64,000 nt of DNA from Phyllobates terribilis (lineage: Eukaryota), in the NCBI RefSeq assembly GCF_046119375.1, contig NW_027362765.1, positions 136,152,001 through 136,216,000 of the forward strand, written 5' to 3'. The position numbers and the translations under genes were made by a program. This document shows, piece after piece, positions 47,176 through 61,066 of the stretch. The notes below the pieces were generated by a model. The model was not told the origin of the DNA. It saw only the letters and a program-made list of their open reading frames with translations, and did not search any database. Position 1 is the stretch's first letter; each line of letters opens with the position of its first letter.

Positions 47176-48073
47176 ATGAATACTTGGCCGGGGCTCCTTT
47201 TGCATCAATTACTGCATCAATGCGGCGTGGCATGGAGGCGATCAGCGTGTGGCACTGCTGAGGTGTTATGGAAGCCCAGGTTGCTTTGATAGCAGCCTTC
47301 AGCTCGTCTGCATTGTTGGCTCTGGTGTCTCTCATCTTCCTCTTGACAATACCCCATAGATTCTCTATGGGGTTAAGGTCAGGCGAGTTTGCTGGCCAAT
47401 CAAGCACAGTGATGCTGTTGTTTGTAAACCAGGTATTGGTACTTTTGGCAGTGTGGACAGGTGCCAAGTCCTGCTGGAGAATGAAATTTCCATCTCCAAA
47501 AATCTTGTCGGCAGAGGGAAGCATGAAGTGCTCTAAAATTTCCTGGTAGACGGCTGCGCTGACTTTGGTCTTGATAAAACACAGTGGACCTACACCAGCA
47601 GATGACATGGCTCCCCAAACCATCACTGATTGTGGAAACTTCACACTAGACCTCAAGCAGCTTGGATTGTGGCCTCTCCACTCTTCCTCCAGACTCTGGG
47701 ACCTTGATTTCCAAATGAAAATTGGAACTCTGGGACCTTGTGGAGTGTGTCAATGACTGCCTTCTGGACATCTGTCAAGTCAGCAGTCTTCCCCATGATT
47801 GTGGAGCCTACTGAAACAGACTAAGGGGTCTTTTTAAATGCTTCGGAAGCCTTTGCAGGTGTTTTTTGTTAATTATTCAAATTTACTGAGATAATGACTT
47901 TTGTGTTTTCATTGACTGTAAGCCATAATCATCAACATTAACAGAAATAAACACTTGAAATAGATCACTCTGTTTGTAATGACTCTATATAATATATGAG
48001 TTTCACTTTTTGTATTGAAGAACTGAAATAAATTAACTTTTTGATGATATTCTAATTTAGTGAGAAACACCTG
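47176..48073 (-). mobile_element. Tc1 deletion derivative, same family as 1146-2070, left TIR present
   Basis: ORF 47144-47656 is nearly identical to 1314-1793, with WPANSPDLNPIENLW; terminus ...cacctg followed by TA; truncated at the transposase stop. Confidence 0.92.
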
Positions 48074-50033
48074 TATATATAGCCTCAGGGACCATGTAAC
48101 GCTGCAGTAGTTTGTGCCGACAATAGGAGTAACTGACGGAGAGTGCTGAAAGTAAAGGAGGGCAGAATATGCAATAGAAAGAAAATATAGAGAAAGTGAG
48201 AACCCTGTTTCATAACTTCATTATGTTCTAGCCACTAGGTGGCTCCTGACCTGCACACAGTGATCACACTCTAGTCATACAAAGAGAAGGTGGTATGTTA
48301 AGGCTGGCTTTCTATTTGTAACAGCGCCACACCTGTCTACAGGTTGTGTGTGGAATGGCAGTTTAGCTCTATTGAAGTTAACCGGGCTGATTTGCAATAC
48401 CACACGCAGCTTGTCAATAGGGGTGGCACTATTTTTAGAAGGTGCAATGTTTTTCTAATCCTGGACAAATAAGGTGACATCATATCAAAACCCCTTTGAA
48501 GTGAAAATGGCACTAATTCTCTTACGTCTGCACAATAGGAAAGATGTTTGTGCTCCAGAGCTGCTGTTCCTACTGTATCAGGCAACGATTTAAAGAGTCC
48601 TGGCGCTATTCACTTCCCTCTTCTATCCTCTCTTTTTAGTCTGTTAGTACTGAAATGCCCTTCTCCCTACTGTGTCTGCTTGCGCCAATATATGAGGAAA
48701 AGACTCTTCTACCCTGCAGCCACATGCATCCCTGCAACTCAAAATAACATTTCTCTTCATTTCAGCCCAGAAGAATAAAAAAATAGAAACATAATTTATT
48801 GATAGTGCACCCTGAGAACTCAGGTTTTCTCAGACATTTCAAGAACGTGCAGCCACACCATGCGACTACCGAGATGAGCGTGTGAACAAAGCCCTACATG
48901 TACGTCTGTTAGGACATTCAGTTTGTCTGTTCTGTTTTAAGAACAAGTGGAATCAGTTCTCCGCTACATCAGTGATGCAATGGAAGCAGTTAGGCCCCAG
49001 TGATTATAATGCTAGGGTCACACAAGCATATTTTCTCTCATCCACAAAATGGATCCGATCAGGCTAATCACACTATGATCAGAGTATGATCCGATTTTCT
49101 CGGACGTGGAGAACATGGGAAAAAAAAGTTCTCCATCCTGTTAAGTCTGTGGAAATCAGACTGCACTCAGCTGTCATCCGAGTGCAGTCTGATGATTTCC
49201 ACGGACTCCTAGACATGCACGGCTGATTACAATCTGAATATTGGATGCAAATCGGACATGCAGCGAGATTTTCCTCGGACAAACTCAGTCCAAGTAAAAA
49301 ATCGGGCATGTGTACGGTCCCATAGAATAATAATGGTCCAAGTGTGATCCGATGTTTTGTCAGATCGTATTTGGACTGAAAATATGGTGCGAGCCCTTAT
49401 GGTGACAGTCTCGGATCTTTCTTTTTGGAACGGAAGAAAAAGTTCTGATTGGAAAAAAAAAAGTCCATACAATCTATAAAACAGACCCCATAATAACCAA
49501 TGTGGCCCCTCAGCTCCCGTACACATCACTGATGCAGGGGATCACTTGTTCCTAATGGGACGGTAAGAAGCGCACCCCTATCAGCAGCCACGTGTGAACC
49601 ATGTCCTGGTCAGCCATTTTCTGCATTATTATAAGCTGTCATCCACCAGCCGGTTATATAACTTCTGCATTTCTAGGGCAGACTCGCTCTTGTATGACCG
49701 ACTGTGGGGATTTCCAGTTATGATGTGACTGACGTAAATAAAACGCAGATTTACGCTTCTCCAGAAAGAGAGAAAACTATCATTTCAGACCCCCCATCCA
49801 GCCCCCCACAGCCTGATGTGACCAGTGCAGAAAAGAGGAATTCTTTTTTGTGCAATGTGCCGGTAAATCTCTGCTGTCACCGCCCTGTCCCCTCCCCCAG
49901 TTACACAGAATGACCTATCCCTTTAAGGTTTCAGAAAAAAAATAGCTTGTGATTCAGCAATAGGGGAAGTGTCTCCTGTGTTTTCATACAGTCTCTTCCT
50001 GTCCATCACATGAGAGATCGCCTGTCCTTCACC

Positions 50034-53000
50034 ATGTACAGACATATCCTGCTCTTTGCCCTCATCTCCTGGGTTCATGGGGGGCTCTACTTTCAGGAGG
50101 GTCAGCACTGCTATAGACCAGGATCCAGAGGCAACTTTGGAGTGAGGTAGGTACCGCAGCAAGGTCAGTAGATGAGGGTAAGAGAAAAGACTTCTCAGAT
50201 ACAGCTGTGGTAGAACTACAAGTCCCAGCTTATCTGTACAATACGTCTGAGTTACAGCTGTGGTAGAACTACAAGTCCCAGATTACCCTGTAAAGAACTT
50301 CTCAGTTCCAGCTGTGGTAGAACTACAAGTCCCAGCTTATCTGTACAAGATTTCTCAGATACCGCTGTGGTAGCACTACAAGCCCCAGTTTTTCCTGCAA
50401 AATACCTCTTAGATACATGTGTGTGGTAGAACTACAAGTCTCAGCTTATCCTACCTGCTATTGGAGTTCTACACTAAATAAAATCAGAGCTGGTCTAGAC
50501 CTACAACTCCCAGCAAACCATTTTATTACATTATACCTTGGGCAGAAACAAAATTAATTACCGCCCTCTATTATCATACAAATGTGCCCAAAAAGTTTAC
50601 AAAGTTTTTTTCTATTTTTTTTTAGATTTAGATTCTTTTCGCCTTAGATGGGCGAAACACATTAGGCTAAAGGAAATACAGAATTTTGATAATTTGGAGG
50701 AACACTGCAGTAGATGCCATCTGTTCTCTGTTATCAGCCACTGACTGTGTAGTGTTCGGTGTGATAAATAAGGAAGGTGAGAACGATCCTCTGCCCTACA
50801 ATCAGTCCTTTATGTCTTCCCTCCAGCTCAGAGACATTTATAATGCTGATTTTAGGATGTGTGGCCCTTTAATGCTCAGTCCTGCAGAGGCGTATAATGG
50901 AATTGTGGTGACACCGCGTTACCAATGTGAGTGCACTTTTCTAGTAAATGAATGTAATGACCCGTTACGTGCTGTAAAGGTGAACGGCGGCTGCAACCAA
51001 AACCCACCACGGAAAGATGAGTGATATTTAAAGGGCACCTAACAAATATACAGACACTTCTACTGGTATGAAATACCAAGAATCTACATCTCCGGTGTGA
51101 TTCTAGAACACCGGTCACGTATATGATGTAGGAAGGGGCACAAAAATGTCCAATAAATGGCCCCCACTAATTAATCGTTGCGGTCAGCGAGTCATGTGAC
51201 AAGTTTCGTGTTACAGACGGGTTCACAGTGGGCAGGGATGAGATTTTTCCAGCTCTCTGATTGGTAGTGAATCCTATTGTGACCTTAGGTCCATGCCTAG
51301 TACTGGTGACAGGGTCCCTTTGAAGGGGGTCCCACCATAGCCATTGATAGTGCATCTGATCAGTAGAGATCTCTGGCCTTCAGATCCCTAGGAAGAAGGA
51401 TCCATAGTACCCAGGTAAAGTTCAGCACAAACATTGCTGATGTCCCAAAAAAACACAAAAGAAAAAAAAACTATTTTATATGTTTACACTAAGGAAATCG
51501 TTGCTTCTTCTACGGGAAGATAAAGGGTTTGTCCAAAATTTTTACAAAATTGTTTCTTTTCCCAGAAACAGAATCGATCAGTGAATTTGATTTTTTAAAG
51601 TCTTGCAGTTCAGTTACATCGAAGCTAAGCTGCAATACCACACACAGCCTGTTGACAAGTGTGGCGTTGTTTTAGCAAGGAAGTAGACATACTTTTCTAT
51701 AACTCCTGGTTAAATAGTTATCTGGCCAACAGCCATCTTCCCAATAGTTACACCCTATGGCCCAAACAAGTTTTTTTGTTACTGTATGGAGATAAGCTGC
51801 ACAGAGGTGTATGGTAGCTGCTTATCCCCCAGGGAAACAAAGGATCGGTTTTCATTAATCATAGAAGCTTTAGTTGTCAGCAGACGCCATTGAAACCGGT
51901 GGGATCTGTAGACCTCGCTGTATGAGAAGTGCGGACGTCTACATAAATTAATGGAAGGTTCTCCAGCCACAAATCACGGGAGGGATTGTGAAATAAATCA
52001 GGGCGTCTCCTTGAGTAGTCAGTGGGCAGTGTCTTAATGGCACTTGTTCTTCTCAAAGGTTCTTAAATATACTTGACGCTCCAGCCACTTGGATGCCAAA
52101 AATTCCCCCAGCAAATCTGTGTTGCTACTTCCTGATAGAGATGGAGGACATTTACACATTCCCTTTAAAGAAGATTCCCTCTTCTTCATAAATGGCTAAA
52201 ATTGCAAATTGCCTACAATAACAAGGGGCTTTGGAATTGACCTTTTATTAAAAATTGTCAAGGAGTTAGTTAAAAATGCGACTTTTGGCACCTTAATGGC
52301 TCTTTGGATCATCTCTGCCAAGATAGGCAGAGCTAGGGAGGAGCTGGGGTGTGACCACCCACCCAGTCAAATTCATCAAATGTGCCTCCTGAAGATTAGC
52401 CAAGAGGACAACCCTTTATGGGAATAATTGTGATAATTGGATGATTCTGTCAGACGCAGATGTTCTTACATACGGGCGGCACCATATAGAGCTGCTCATC
52501 TCCTCCTCATCTGTCACACATCGCTTTGTAGCAGGTCCTTGTTCTTGCACCAGTGATTAACTGACGTAATTTTTGTGCTTTCTTTGCCACAGCTGCTCAT
52601 AATAGGCACCTCAGCTGCTGCAGAACATCATACGGATTCCCTCTGAGATCTGTTTACGTTTCCTGTGGCTTTGCGCTTTTATATGGTCATATATTCTTAT
52701 AGTGTGATCCCACATATAACATAGTGCAGAGCAGGTAAATAATCACGTCTAGGACTAATCAGAACTGTCTTCCTCTACTACAGGACCTACCCACGTCCAC
52801 ATGAATACATCTCAGTGCAAAGTCTACCAAAGGTCTGGGACTGGCGTAACGTGAACGGCACCAACTATGTCAGCTCCACACGAAACCAGCACATCCCACA
52901 GTACTGTGGATCGTGCTGGGCACATGGGAGTACCAGCGCTATGGCAGGTGGGTTCATGTAACCTGTGACCAGTGCTCCTAAGGCCACGTTCACACATTCA

Positions 53001-56000
53001 GTATTTGGTCAGTATTTTACATCAGTATTGGTAAGCCGAAACCAGGAGTGGAACAATCAGAGGAAAAGTATAATAGAAACACGTCACCACTTCTGTATTT
53101 ATCACCCACTCCTGGTTTTGGCTTACAAATACTGAGGTAAAATACTGACCAAATACTGAAAGTGTGAGTGTGACCCAAAAGGAAGAAAAAAAGAAGGATC
53201 AATCCAGTTTCTTGTAGCTGCTCTGCACTGGAAACCTTAGGACCAATGTGGCAGTGGTCTTAGGTATGTTCCATTCCTTTGTTACAAAGAGTTTATCGCT
53301 CCAAACTGCTGCTTTGTCCCCCATGCTTCACACTTCAGCTTTGTTCGCTCAGAGAAAATAAACCTAAACTCGTCCAGGAAGTCAGTGCTGTTATCATTAA
53401 GGCACGTTTCAGACGTCCGGATATTTCCAGTGCTGGAAAAAACAGTACCGGAGATATCAGTGTCTGTGTGCACCTGTGCGGGATGTTTTGCGGCCCGTGC
53501 TGCAAGAAAAAAATGGACATGTCAGCGTGTTTTTCCCATGGACACACACTGACATGTGCACAGACCCATTCATCTGAATGGGTCTACGTGTGTCTGTCTC
53601 CAGTACGTGTGGAAACTGTCACCACACGTACTCAAAACACTGACGTCTGAAAGGCACCTTAAAGGGGTATTCCCATCTCCAAGATCCTATTCCACTATGT
53701 AGTAGGTGCAATAATAATAATATTAGCAAATACCTCCAATTAGAAATGTAGTATAGTTCTTCTGTTTCGTTATGTTGCCTCATGTGCAGGGCATTGCAGT
53801 AGCTTAGGTATCTATGGTTACGACCATTCATAGTTAGATGTTAGTGGTCATAACGATGGATTCCTAAGCTACAGGAAAGCATGAGGTAAGCGACATAGCG
53901 AATCTGAAGAACTATACTACATTTCTAATTGGAGGCATTTGCTAATATTATTATTATACCTACTACATATTGGGATAGGATCTTGGAGATGGGAATATCT
54001 CTTTAAGGACCGATAAGTAATTAGACAGCCTGTAAGTACAAGATTACACAGTCACTACCACACGAAACGGTGGATATGAGCACATTTATTTACTGTAAGG
54101 AAAAATTACAGGATTTTCAACACCCTAGAATTGAAAATTATATTGGCTCCCTTTCAGATCGAATTAATATTAAGAGGAAAGGAGCGTGGCCATCAGCTTA
54201 CCTGTCTGTGCAGAATGTGATAGACTGCGGAGAATCAGGATCCTGTGAGGGTGGCGATCATGGAGGAGTGTGGGACTATGCCAGCAAACATGGAATCCCA
54301 GACGAAACCTGCAACAACTACCAGGCGAAGGACCAGGGTAGGAGAACCTCATCAGCAGGGTGACAATGTCATGTGACCTTCAGACATTCATGGAACACGG
54401 CCCGGGCATGTACCGCGATGTGAGGCTTTTCCGCTGGTCTCCTGAACCAAACTTGACAGCTTGAGGCATATATATGGCTGTTGCGTTTGTGTCAGGAGTA
54501 GTGATGGGTCCATCCGAGCCAAAGAGCCAGCTCCTTGCTGGGAACGATGGAAGCAAGCAGCCCAGTGAGAGCAACTAACTTCGGAAGCCGGGTTTCGACT
54601 GTGTTAATTTCATCTGAAATGTTTGTTCACCTATGGTGAATACATATTTAATAGGGGTCCATTTAGGATCCAAAATAAATGGCTCTTTTTGGTGAGCGGA
54701 GCCAAGTGATCCAGATGACCAAAAAGAGCTGGACTACCCATCACTAGTCAATAGACCCGAAGCCAGTCTATCAATCGCGGTAAGTACACAGACGTCTAAA
54801 TTGAGCCTTAGTTCTGGAGAATTATCAAGAGTTACCTACATCAAATTAATTTACAGTTGCATGCACTTCTCTCTTTTTTGAGGAAGGGGCGTGAGGCCAC
54901 CTTACAACACCTTCCTTATCAATTAACATACAAGTAAATTAGGAGAAGTAGCACCTTCATTGTGCTGATCCCTCGGCTCCCAGAAGTCAGACACCTCAAT
55001 GATAAAACATCAGTGACTATCAGTGATAAAGTCTTGGATAACCTCTTTAATTCCCCTATGATGTTGCCAATGATTGTAAACTGCCCCAATACCAATAGTA
55101 GTCCGGACGTCCCTGAAATTGCCAGCATAGCAGATACGGAAAATAGTGGTGACTGCAGTGCCAGTAAGCGCCCCTAAACCCCCCAACCACAGTGCCCCTA
55201 AAAAGATTATTACATATAGACAGTACACTATTTTTTCCACACTAGATTTAAAAGATCTACCAAATTCTATGTGACCCAGAGATTAGACATCCTTCCATAT
55301 TTACAGATCTGTCTCTGGCTGTAAGACAACTGACAACATAAAGCTTCTCATGAACACTCTGCTCGGTTATTGCTAAACATAGAGAATATAAATGATACAG
55401 AAAGCAAAATAATACAAAATGTGTAGGAAGCCCTCAGTGACAGTCGTCTGGGGGACAGAAATCATTCATACCATGTCATTTCTTACTCTCAGAGTGCAAC
55501 AAGTTTAACCAGTGCGGCACCTGCACCACGTTCGGCAAATGCTTCAACCTCTCCAATTATACTCTGTGGAAAGTCGCTGACTACGGCGCGGTCAGCGGGA
55601 GGGAAAAGATGATGGCCGAGATCTACAAGAATGGACCCATCAGGTAATGTAGGAGAGAATTTGTGGGTGTGCACAACATCGACAAACATGTACCTGATTG
55701 GTGATCATGTAACGACGTAGGTCATCACATGTGAAGGAGCGCTTACACTAGACAAGTCTAAAGCTGCACCAGCTATATCACACAGCATGAACCACCATGA
55801 TAAATATTGTGCTTTTTAAAAAGGTTTTCTGGAGACGTCCAGAGCTGCTTACTTCTGTATCTGAAGTGCGTGGTACCGATGACGTTATGACCTGCACACT
55901 TGCTGAGATGTGCGCAGGATCTGCAGGTTTGTGGACAGGTCTTATTGTAATGAACAGGACATAGGCACAATATCACAGGTCCTGCAGGCAGCTCAGGAGG

Positions 56001-59000
56001 TGTGCTTAACCAAGAATGGTTCCCATGCAGCGCCGGACGTCTCCGGATAACTCCTTTAAAACTGTCTAGGCCAAGTTTGCACTAAAAATTAGACAATATT
56101 GAGTACAATTCCCATTGCTGTCATGTCAGTGAGCAGGAACAAAGAAAAAATCCCTGAATCATGATCAATCTCCTCCATCCTGCACTAGACATAAGCGTCG
56201 TGCTCCGCCCCTCAACTACACTAGACATAAGCGTCGTGCTCCGCCCCTCAACTACACTAGACATAAGCGTCGTACTCCGCCCCTCAACTACACAGACATA
56301 AGCGTCGTGCTCCGCCCCTCAACTACACTAGATATAAGCGTCGTGCTCCGCCCCTCAACTACATTAGACATAAGCGTCGTGCTCCGCCCCTCAACTACAT
56401 TAGACATAAACGTCGTGCTCCGCCCCTCAACTACACTAGACATAAGCGTCGTGCTCCGCCCCTCAACTACACTAGACATAAGCGTCGTGCTCCGCCCCTC
56501 AACTACACTAGATATAAGCGTCGTGCTCCGCCCCTCAACTACACTAAACATAAGCGTCGTGCTCCGCCCCTCAACTACACTAGACATAAGCGTCGTGCTC
56601 CGCCCCTCTACTACACTAGACATAAGCGTCGTGCTCCGCCCCTCAACTACACTAGACATAAGCGTCGTGCTCAGCGCCTCAACTACACTAGACATAAGCG
56701 TCGTGCTCCGCCCCTCAACTACACTAGACATAAGCGTCGTGCTCCGCCCCTCAACTACACTAGACATAAGCGTCGTGCTCCACCCCTCAACTACACAGAC
56801 ATAAGCGTCGTGCTCAGCCCCTCAACTACACTAGACATAAGCGTCGTGCTCCACCCCTCAACTACACTAGACATAAGCGTCGTGCTCCGCCCCGTTTTTT
56901 TTTGGACTATAAGACGCACCTAGGTTTTAGAGGAGGAAAATAGAAAAAAAAAGTTAAGCAAAAAATGTTGTCATGATGCCCTGTTAATGGTGAGGGGGGT
57001 CTGCTGCTGACACTGTTATAGGGGTAATGTCCCCCAATTCTGTTAATATCCCCGATCCTGGTATATACGGCCCCCTTATCCTGTTATACATGGCCCTCAT
57101 CCGCATCTCGGTATGCATGGCATCCCTCATACCTCTTCCTGGTATGTATGGCACCCCTCATCCCTCTTCCTGGTATGTATGGCCCCCCTCGTGAGATAGT
57201 CTGCCGGAATGGTCACTGCTCCCCACACCGGGACTGTGTGCGTGGGGAGCAATGACCATTCACTCACCTTAATAACACGCACACTGTACCCGCAGCGCGG
57301 CTCCTGCTGCCGCTCTGCGGTCTGTGTGCCCGCTATTAAAGACCATAAATATTCACTACAATCCACTCCCATAGTACTCTAGGCACCTCTATGATGAGGA
57401 ATATACTTGTACTTCAGGGTGGGCCTGTGGGCGGGTCTTTATTTGCTGATCTGGCCTAGAGCACCAGGATAAGACCCTGCCTACAGTCCCGCCCTGGAGC
57501 ACGAGCATGTCATTAACTCATCACTGCAAACACTGATTACACAAGATGGATTTCTTCACCTCAGGTATCATATTAATCAGTGCAGCAGCCCCAATCTGTC
57601 AATGCCTGTAGTTTACTTAGCAAAATCCTGCTGACAGGTTCCCTTCAAGTGTCATGCTCCGCCCCTCTAGCCTGCACTAGACACGAGTATCATGCTCCGC
57701 CCCTCTAGCCAGCACTAGACACGAGTGTCATGCTCCGCCCCTCGGCTACACTAGACACGAGTGTCATGCTCCGCCCCTCGGCTACACTAGACACGAGTGT
57801 CATGCTCCGCCCCTCGGCTACACTAGACACGAGTGTCATGCTCCGCCCCTCTAGCTACACTAGACACGATTGTCATGCTCCGCCCCTCTAGCTACACTAG
57901 ACACGAGTGTCATGCTCCGCCCCTCTAGCCTGCACTAGACACGAGTGTCATGCTCCGCCCCTCTAGCCTGCACTAGACACGAGTGTCATGCTCCGCCCCT
58001 CTAGCCTGCACTAGACACGAGTGTCATGCTCCGCCCCTCTAGCCTGCACTAGACACGAGTGTCATGCTCCGCCCCTCGGCTACACTAGACACGAGTGTCA
58101 TGCTCCGCCCCTCTAGCCTGCACTAGACACGAGTGTCATGCTCCGCCCCTCTAGCCTGCACTAGACACGAGTGTCATGCTCCGCCCCTCGGCTACACTAG
58201 ACACGAGTGTCATGCTCCGCCCCTCGGCTACACTAGACACGAGTGTCATGCTCCGCCCCTCTAGCTACACTAGACACGATTGTCATGCTCCGCCCCTCTA
58301 GCTACACTAGACACGATTGTCATGCTCCGCCCCTCTAGCTACACTAGACACGAGTGTCATGCTCCGCCCCTCTAGCCTGCACTAGACACGAGTGTCATGC
58401 TCCGCCCCTCTAGCCTGCACTAGACACGAGTGTCATGCTCCGCCCCTCTAGCCTGCACTAGACACGAGTGTCATGCTCCGCCCCTCTAGCCTGCACTAGA
58501 CACGAGTGTCATGCTCCGCCCCTCTAGCCTGCACTAGACACGAGTGTCATGCTCCGCCCCTCTAGCCTGCACTAGACACGAGTGTCATGCTCCGCCCCTC
58601 GGCTACACTAGACACGAGTGTCATGCTCCGCCCCTCTAGCCTGCACTAGACACGAGTGTCATGCTCCGCCCCTCTAGCCTGCACTAGACACGAGTGTCAT
58701 GCTCCGCCCCTCGGCTACACTAGACACGAGTGTCATGCTCCGCCCCTCGGCTACACTAGACACGAGTGTCATGCTCCGCCCCTCGGCTACACTAGACACG
58801 AGTGTCATGCTCCGCCCCTCGGCTACACTAGACACGAGTGTCATGCTCCGCCCCTCGGCTACACTAGACACGAGTGTCATGCTCCGCCCCTCGGCTACAC
58901 TAGACACGAGTGTCATGCTCCGCCCCTCGGCTACACTAGACATAACCGTTTTACCTAGAGCGTTTCTTTAGTTGCTGGTAAACGAGTGGTTTGTACATGT

Positions 59001-60144
59001 GGTTATTAAACACACAAATTTAACCCCTGTCTTTTTTTCAGCTGTGGGATAATGGCTACAGAAAAGCTTGATGCCTATACTGGAGGGCTGTACGCAGAGT
59101 ACCAGCCAAACCCGATGGTGAACCACATAGTGTCAGTGGCTGGATGGGGCGTAGATGAAAATGGAGTGGAGTACTGGGTGGTTCGTAACTCCTGGGGCGA
59201 GCCATGGGTGAGTATTGTATCTGGTGCAGCATGTAATATACCGCCGGGGGCACCAGGATTCTGCCTGCACCAGGAGGCTGTTCTAGAATTGCTGTGAATT
59301 CTAGCACCAGAAATTCTCTTACAATACACGTGGGGGATATGGAAAACTACATCCACAGGATAGGAGAACGCAGCGCAGAAATCAGAGTGTCACACATTTT
59401 TAACCTTTTGCAATTTTTAGAGTAAAATCTGCATGTAAACAAATTTGTAGTGGAAAATCTCCTCCAATGTCTGGACTGAGCCGAGGAGTTTGGTGGATAG
59501 AGGTCTGTGGTGTTCCCCTCTAAAATTAGGACCCACACTCCGATCTTTGATTATTTCTGCTCCCAATGTCCCAATTCAAAGACCCCACTGGGTGACATCC
59601 TTGACAACATGACTCGCGTACCACTATCCGTCCAGGGTACATCTGCTGCTGTGACCTGCTTCCGCCCCACAGTAATATGTATTTCCATAGTACATGGGCT
59701 GGCATTATGTATAAAACATATGAGCCTTAGTTATTCTATAATCCCATATTATACAATTTTTAGTACTTGGCACAAGGCTACTCCTGGCACTGGGCAGTCT
59801 ATAATATTGCAGTCACGTAAAGGGGTCGAGCTGCAATACCAAACTCAGCCTGTGGACAAGAGTAGCGCTGTGCACAAAGGGAAAAAATATATATACAGTT
59901 ATACAACACCCCTTAAGGCCAATTTACATAAAATAATCATGGTTCACATATAAATTCATAGGGGTTTTAGCAATAATAATCACAAAGTGTTGTACATGAA
60001 TGATAAAACTACTTATTGATCGGTACGCAGGGAGAGAAAGGCTGGCTGCGAATCGTGACCAGCACATACAAAGGAGGCCAGGGAGCGGACTACAACCTTG
60101 CCATTGAGCAGGACTGTGCCTACGGAGATGTAATACTACCATGA
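50034..60144 (+). CDS. CTSZ: Cathepsin Z (X), 6 coding exons, 295 aa
   Basis: Exons 50034-50146, 52784-52947, 54158-54337, 55493-55643, 59042-59207, 60031-60144 (888 nt). Signal peptide; propeptide Cys (QHCYRP); [14 protein letters not shown] mini-loop and catalytic Cys; catalytic His (NHIVSV) and Asn (RNSWG). Confidence 0.96.
50191..50513. repeat. ~54-bp tandem repeat carrying ACTACAAGTCCCAG
   Basis: Motif at about 50215, 50268, 50322, 50376 and 50431, plus a degenerate copy near 50501. Confidence 0.88.
52982..53175. mobile_element. Palindromic PIF-type MITE (subfamily related to 14513-14720)
   Basis: Arms gccgaaaccaggagtgg / ccactcctggttttggc; flanks TAA / CAA. Confidence 0.7.
53401..53658. 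mobile_element. PIF-type MITE
   Basis: Termini ggcacgtttcagacgtc / gacgtctgaaaggcacc; flanks TAA / TTA. Confidence 0.75.
53663..54002. mobile_element. Kolobok/T2-type MITE
   Basis: TTAA on both sides; TIR aggggtattcccatctccaagatcctat and its reverse complement. Confidence 0.85.
56185..56893. repeat. 36-bp minisatellite (ctagacataagcgtcgtgctccgcccctcaactaca), ~20 units
   Basis: Visible directly; produces the 12-aa repeat ORFs. Confidence 0.97.
57649..58944. repeat. 36/37/38-bp minisatellite (ctagacacgagtgtcatgctccgcccctc...), ~35 units
   Basis: Visible directly; three unit variants ending ggctaca, tagctaca and tagcctgca. Confidence 0.97.
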
Positions 60145-61066
60145 TGACTACTAAGATGGACACAAGACAGCAGAAGCTGCTGCAATTTGCATTTACCGCC
60201 GTGACAGTCCCTGCAGAGTCCCAGAGAACCACAGTACATCACACAACCAGATCAGCACCGCTAGTAAGGGGTCGTTGCTTTGACAGTGACTGGAGCACGA
60301 TGCCCACAAGACGTCTTCTTTTATTACCTATGACTCTGCTAACAATCAAATCTGTTGTATAGATTGTGATTATTACCTGTACATCGCTGTATTTCCATCA
60401 TGTGCAACACACTGACCACCGGCCAGCAAGGACAATAATGCAGGAGCACCAGTCCCTGAATATGACACGGATTTGTGTGTCTATACCATACACACCGAGA
60501 ACATGGTCTGTGTAAGACACCGTAATGATTCAGGAACACAATTAAAATCTGTTATTATGCAAAAAGTGGAAGAATGTCTATATATTCACAGAACGGCCAC
60601 CCACAGCAACACATTAGCGTACAGCTGAGCAAAGATTTGCCTCTGGTCTCCGTCAGACCAGGACGGTCTTCATTTCCTAAGCCCCTGGGAGTCGCTTGCG
60701 ACATCATGACTGTTATGCAACAGGTAGAAGCATCTTCATATATTGAGACAATTGTTGCCCATAAGAACACATTGGATTACAGCCGTTACACACAATAAAC
60801 ACACAAAAAGAGGAAAATTTCATGGAAAACAAAGAGGTGACGGTCGGGTTGTATGGGACACAGTACATATGACGAAGAAATTAAATGATTGTGCTTTTAG
60901 CCAAAGTATAGAGAGTAAAACCAGCACACTACAAACAGAGTGACAAGTCAAAATACCAATAAATATGAGGTATCAAACCAATAGGCTCTGCGTTATGTTT
61001 CGCTTGCGCTTCTTCACAGGGCAATAAGTGTAAGAAAGACATACGTCAGGGTGCAGAGAGTTATTT

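Noticed and set aside
48540-48780. Candidate CTSZ first coding exon
   Set aside because: No GGLYF..CY.P motif; the true exon is at 50034-50146.
56288-58971. Regular 36-bp repeats resembling a CRISPR array or a repeat protein
   Set aside because: The units are contiguous with no unique spacers, lie in a eukaryotic intron and have no cas genes; the 12-aa ORFs are artefacts.
60985-61022. Minus-strand gtgaagaagc-gcaa-gcgaaac hammerhead look-alike
   Set aside because: C3 is missing and there is no NUH triplet or stem I/III; probably chance.
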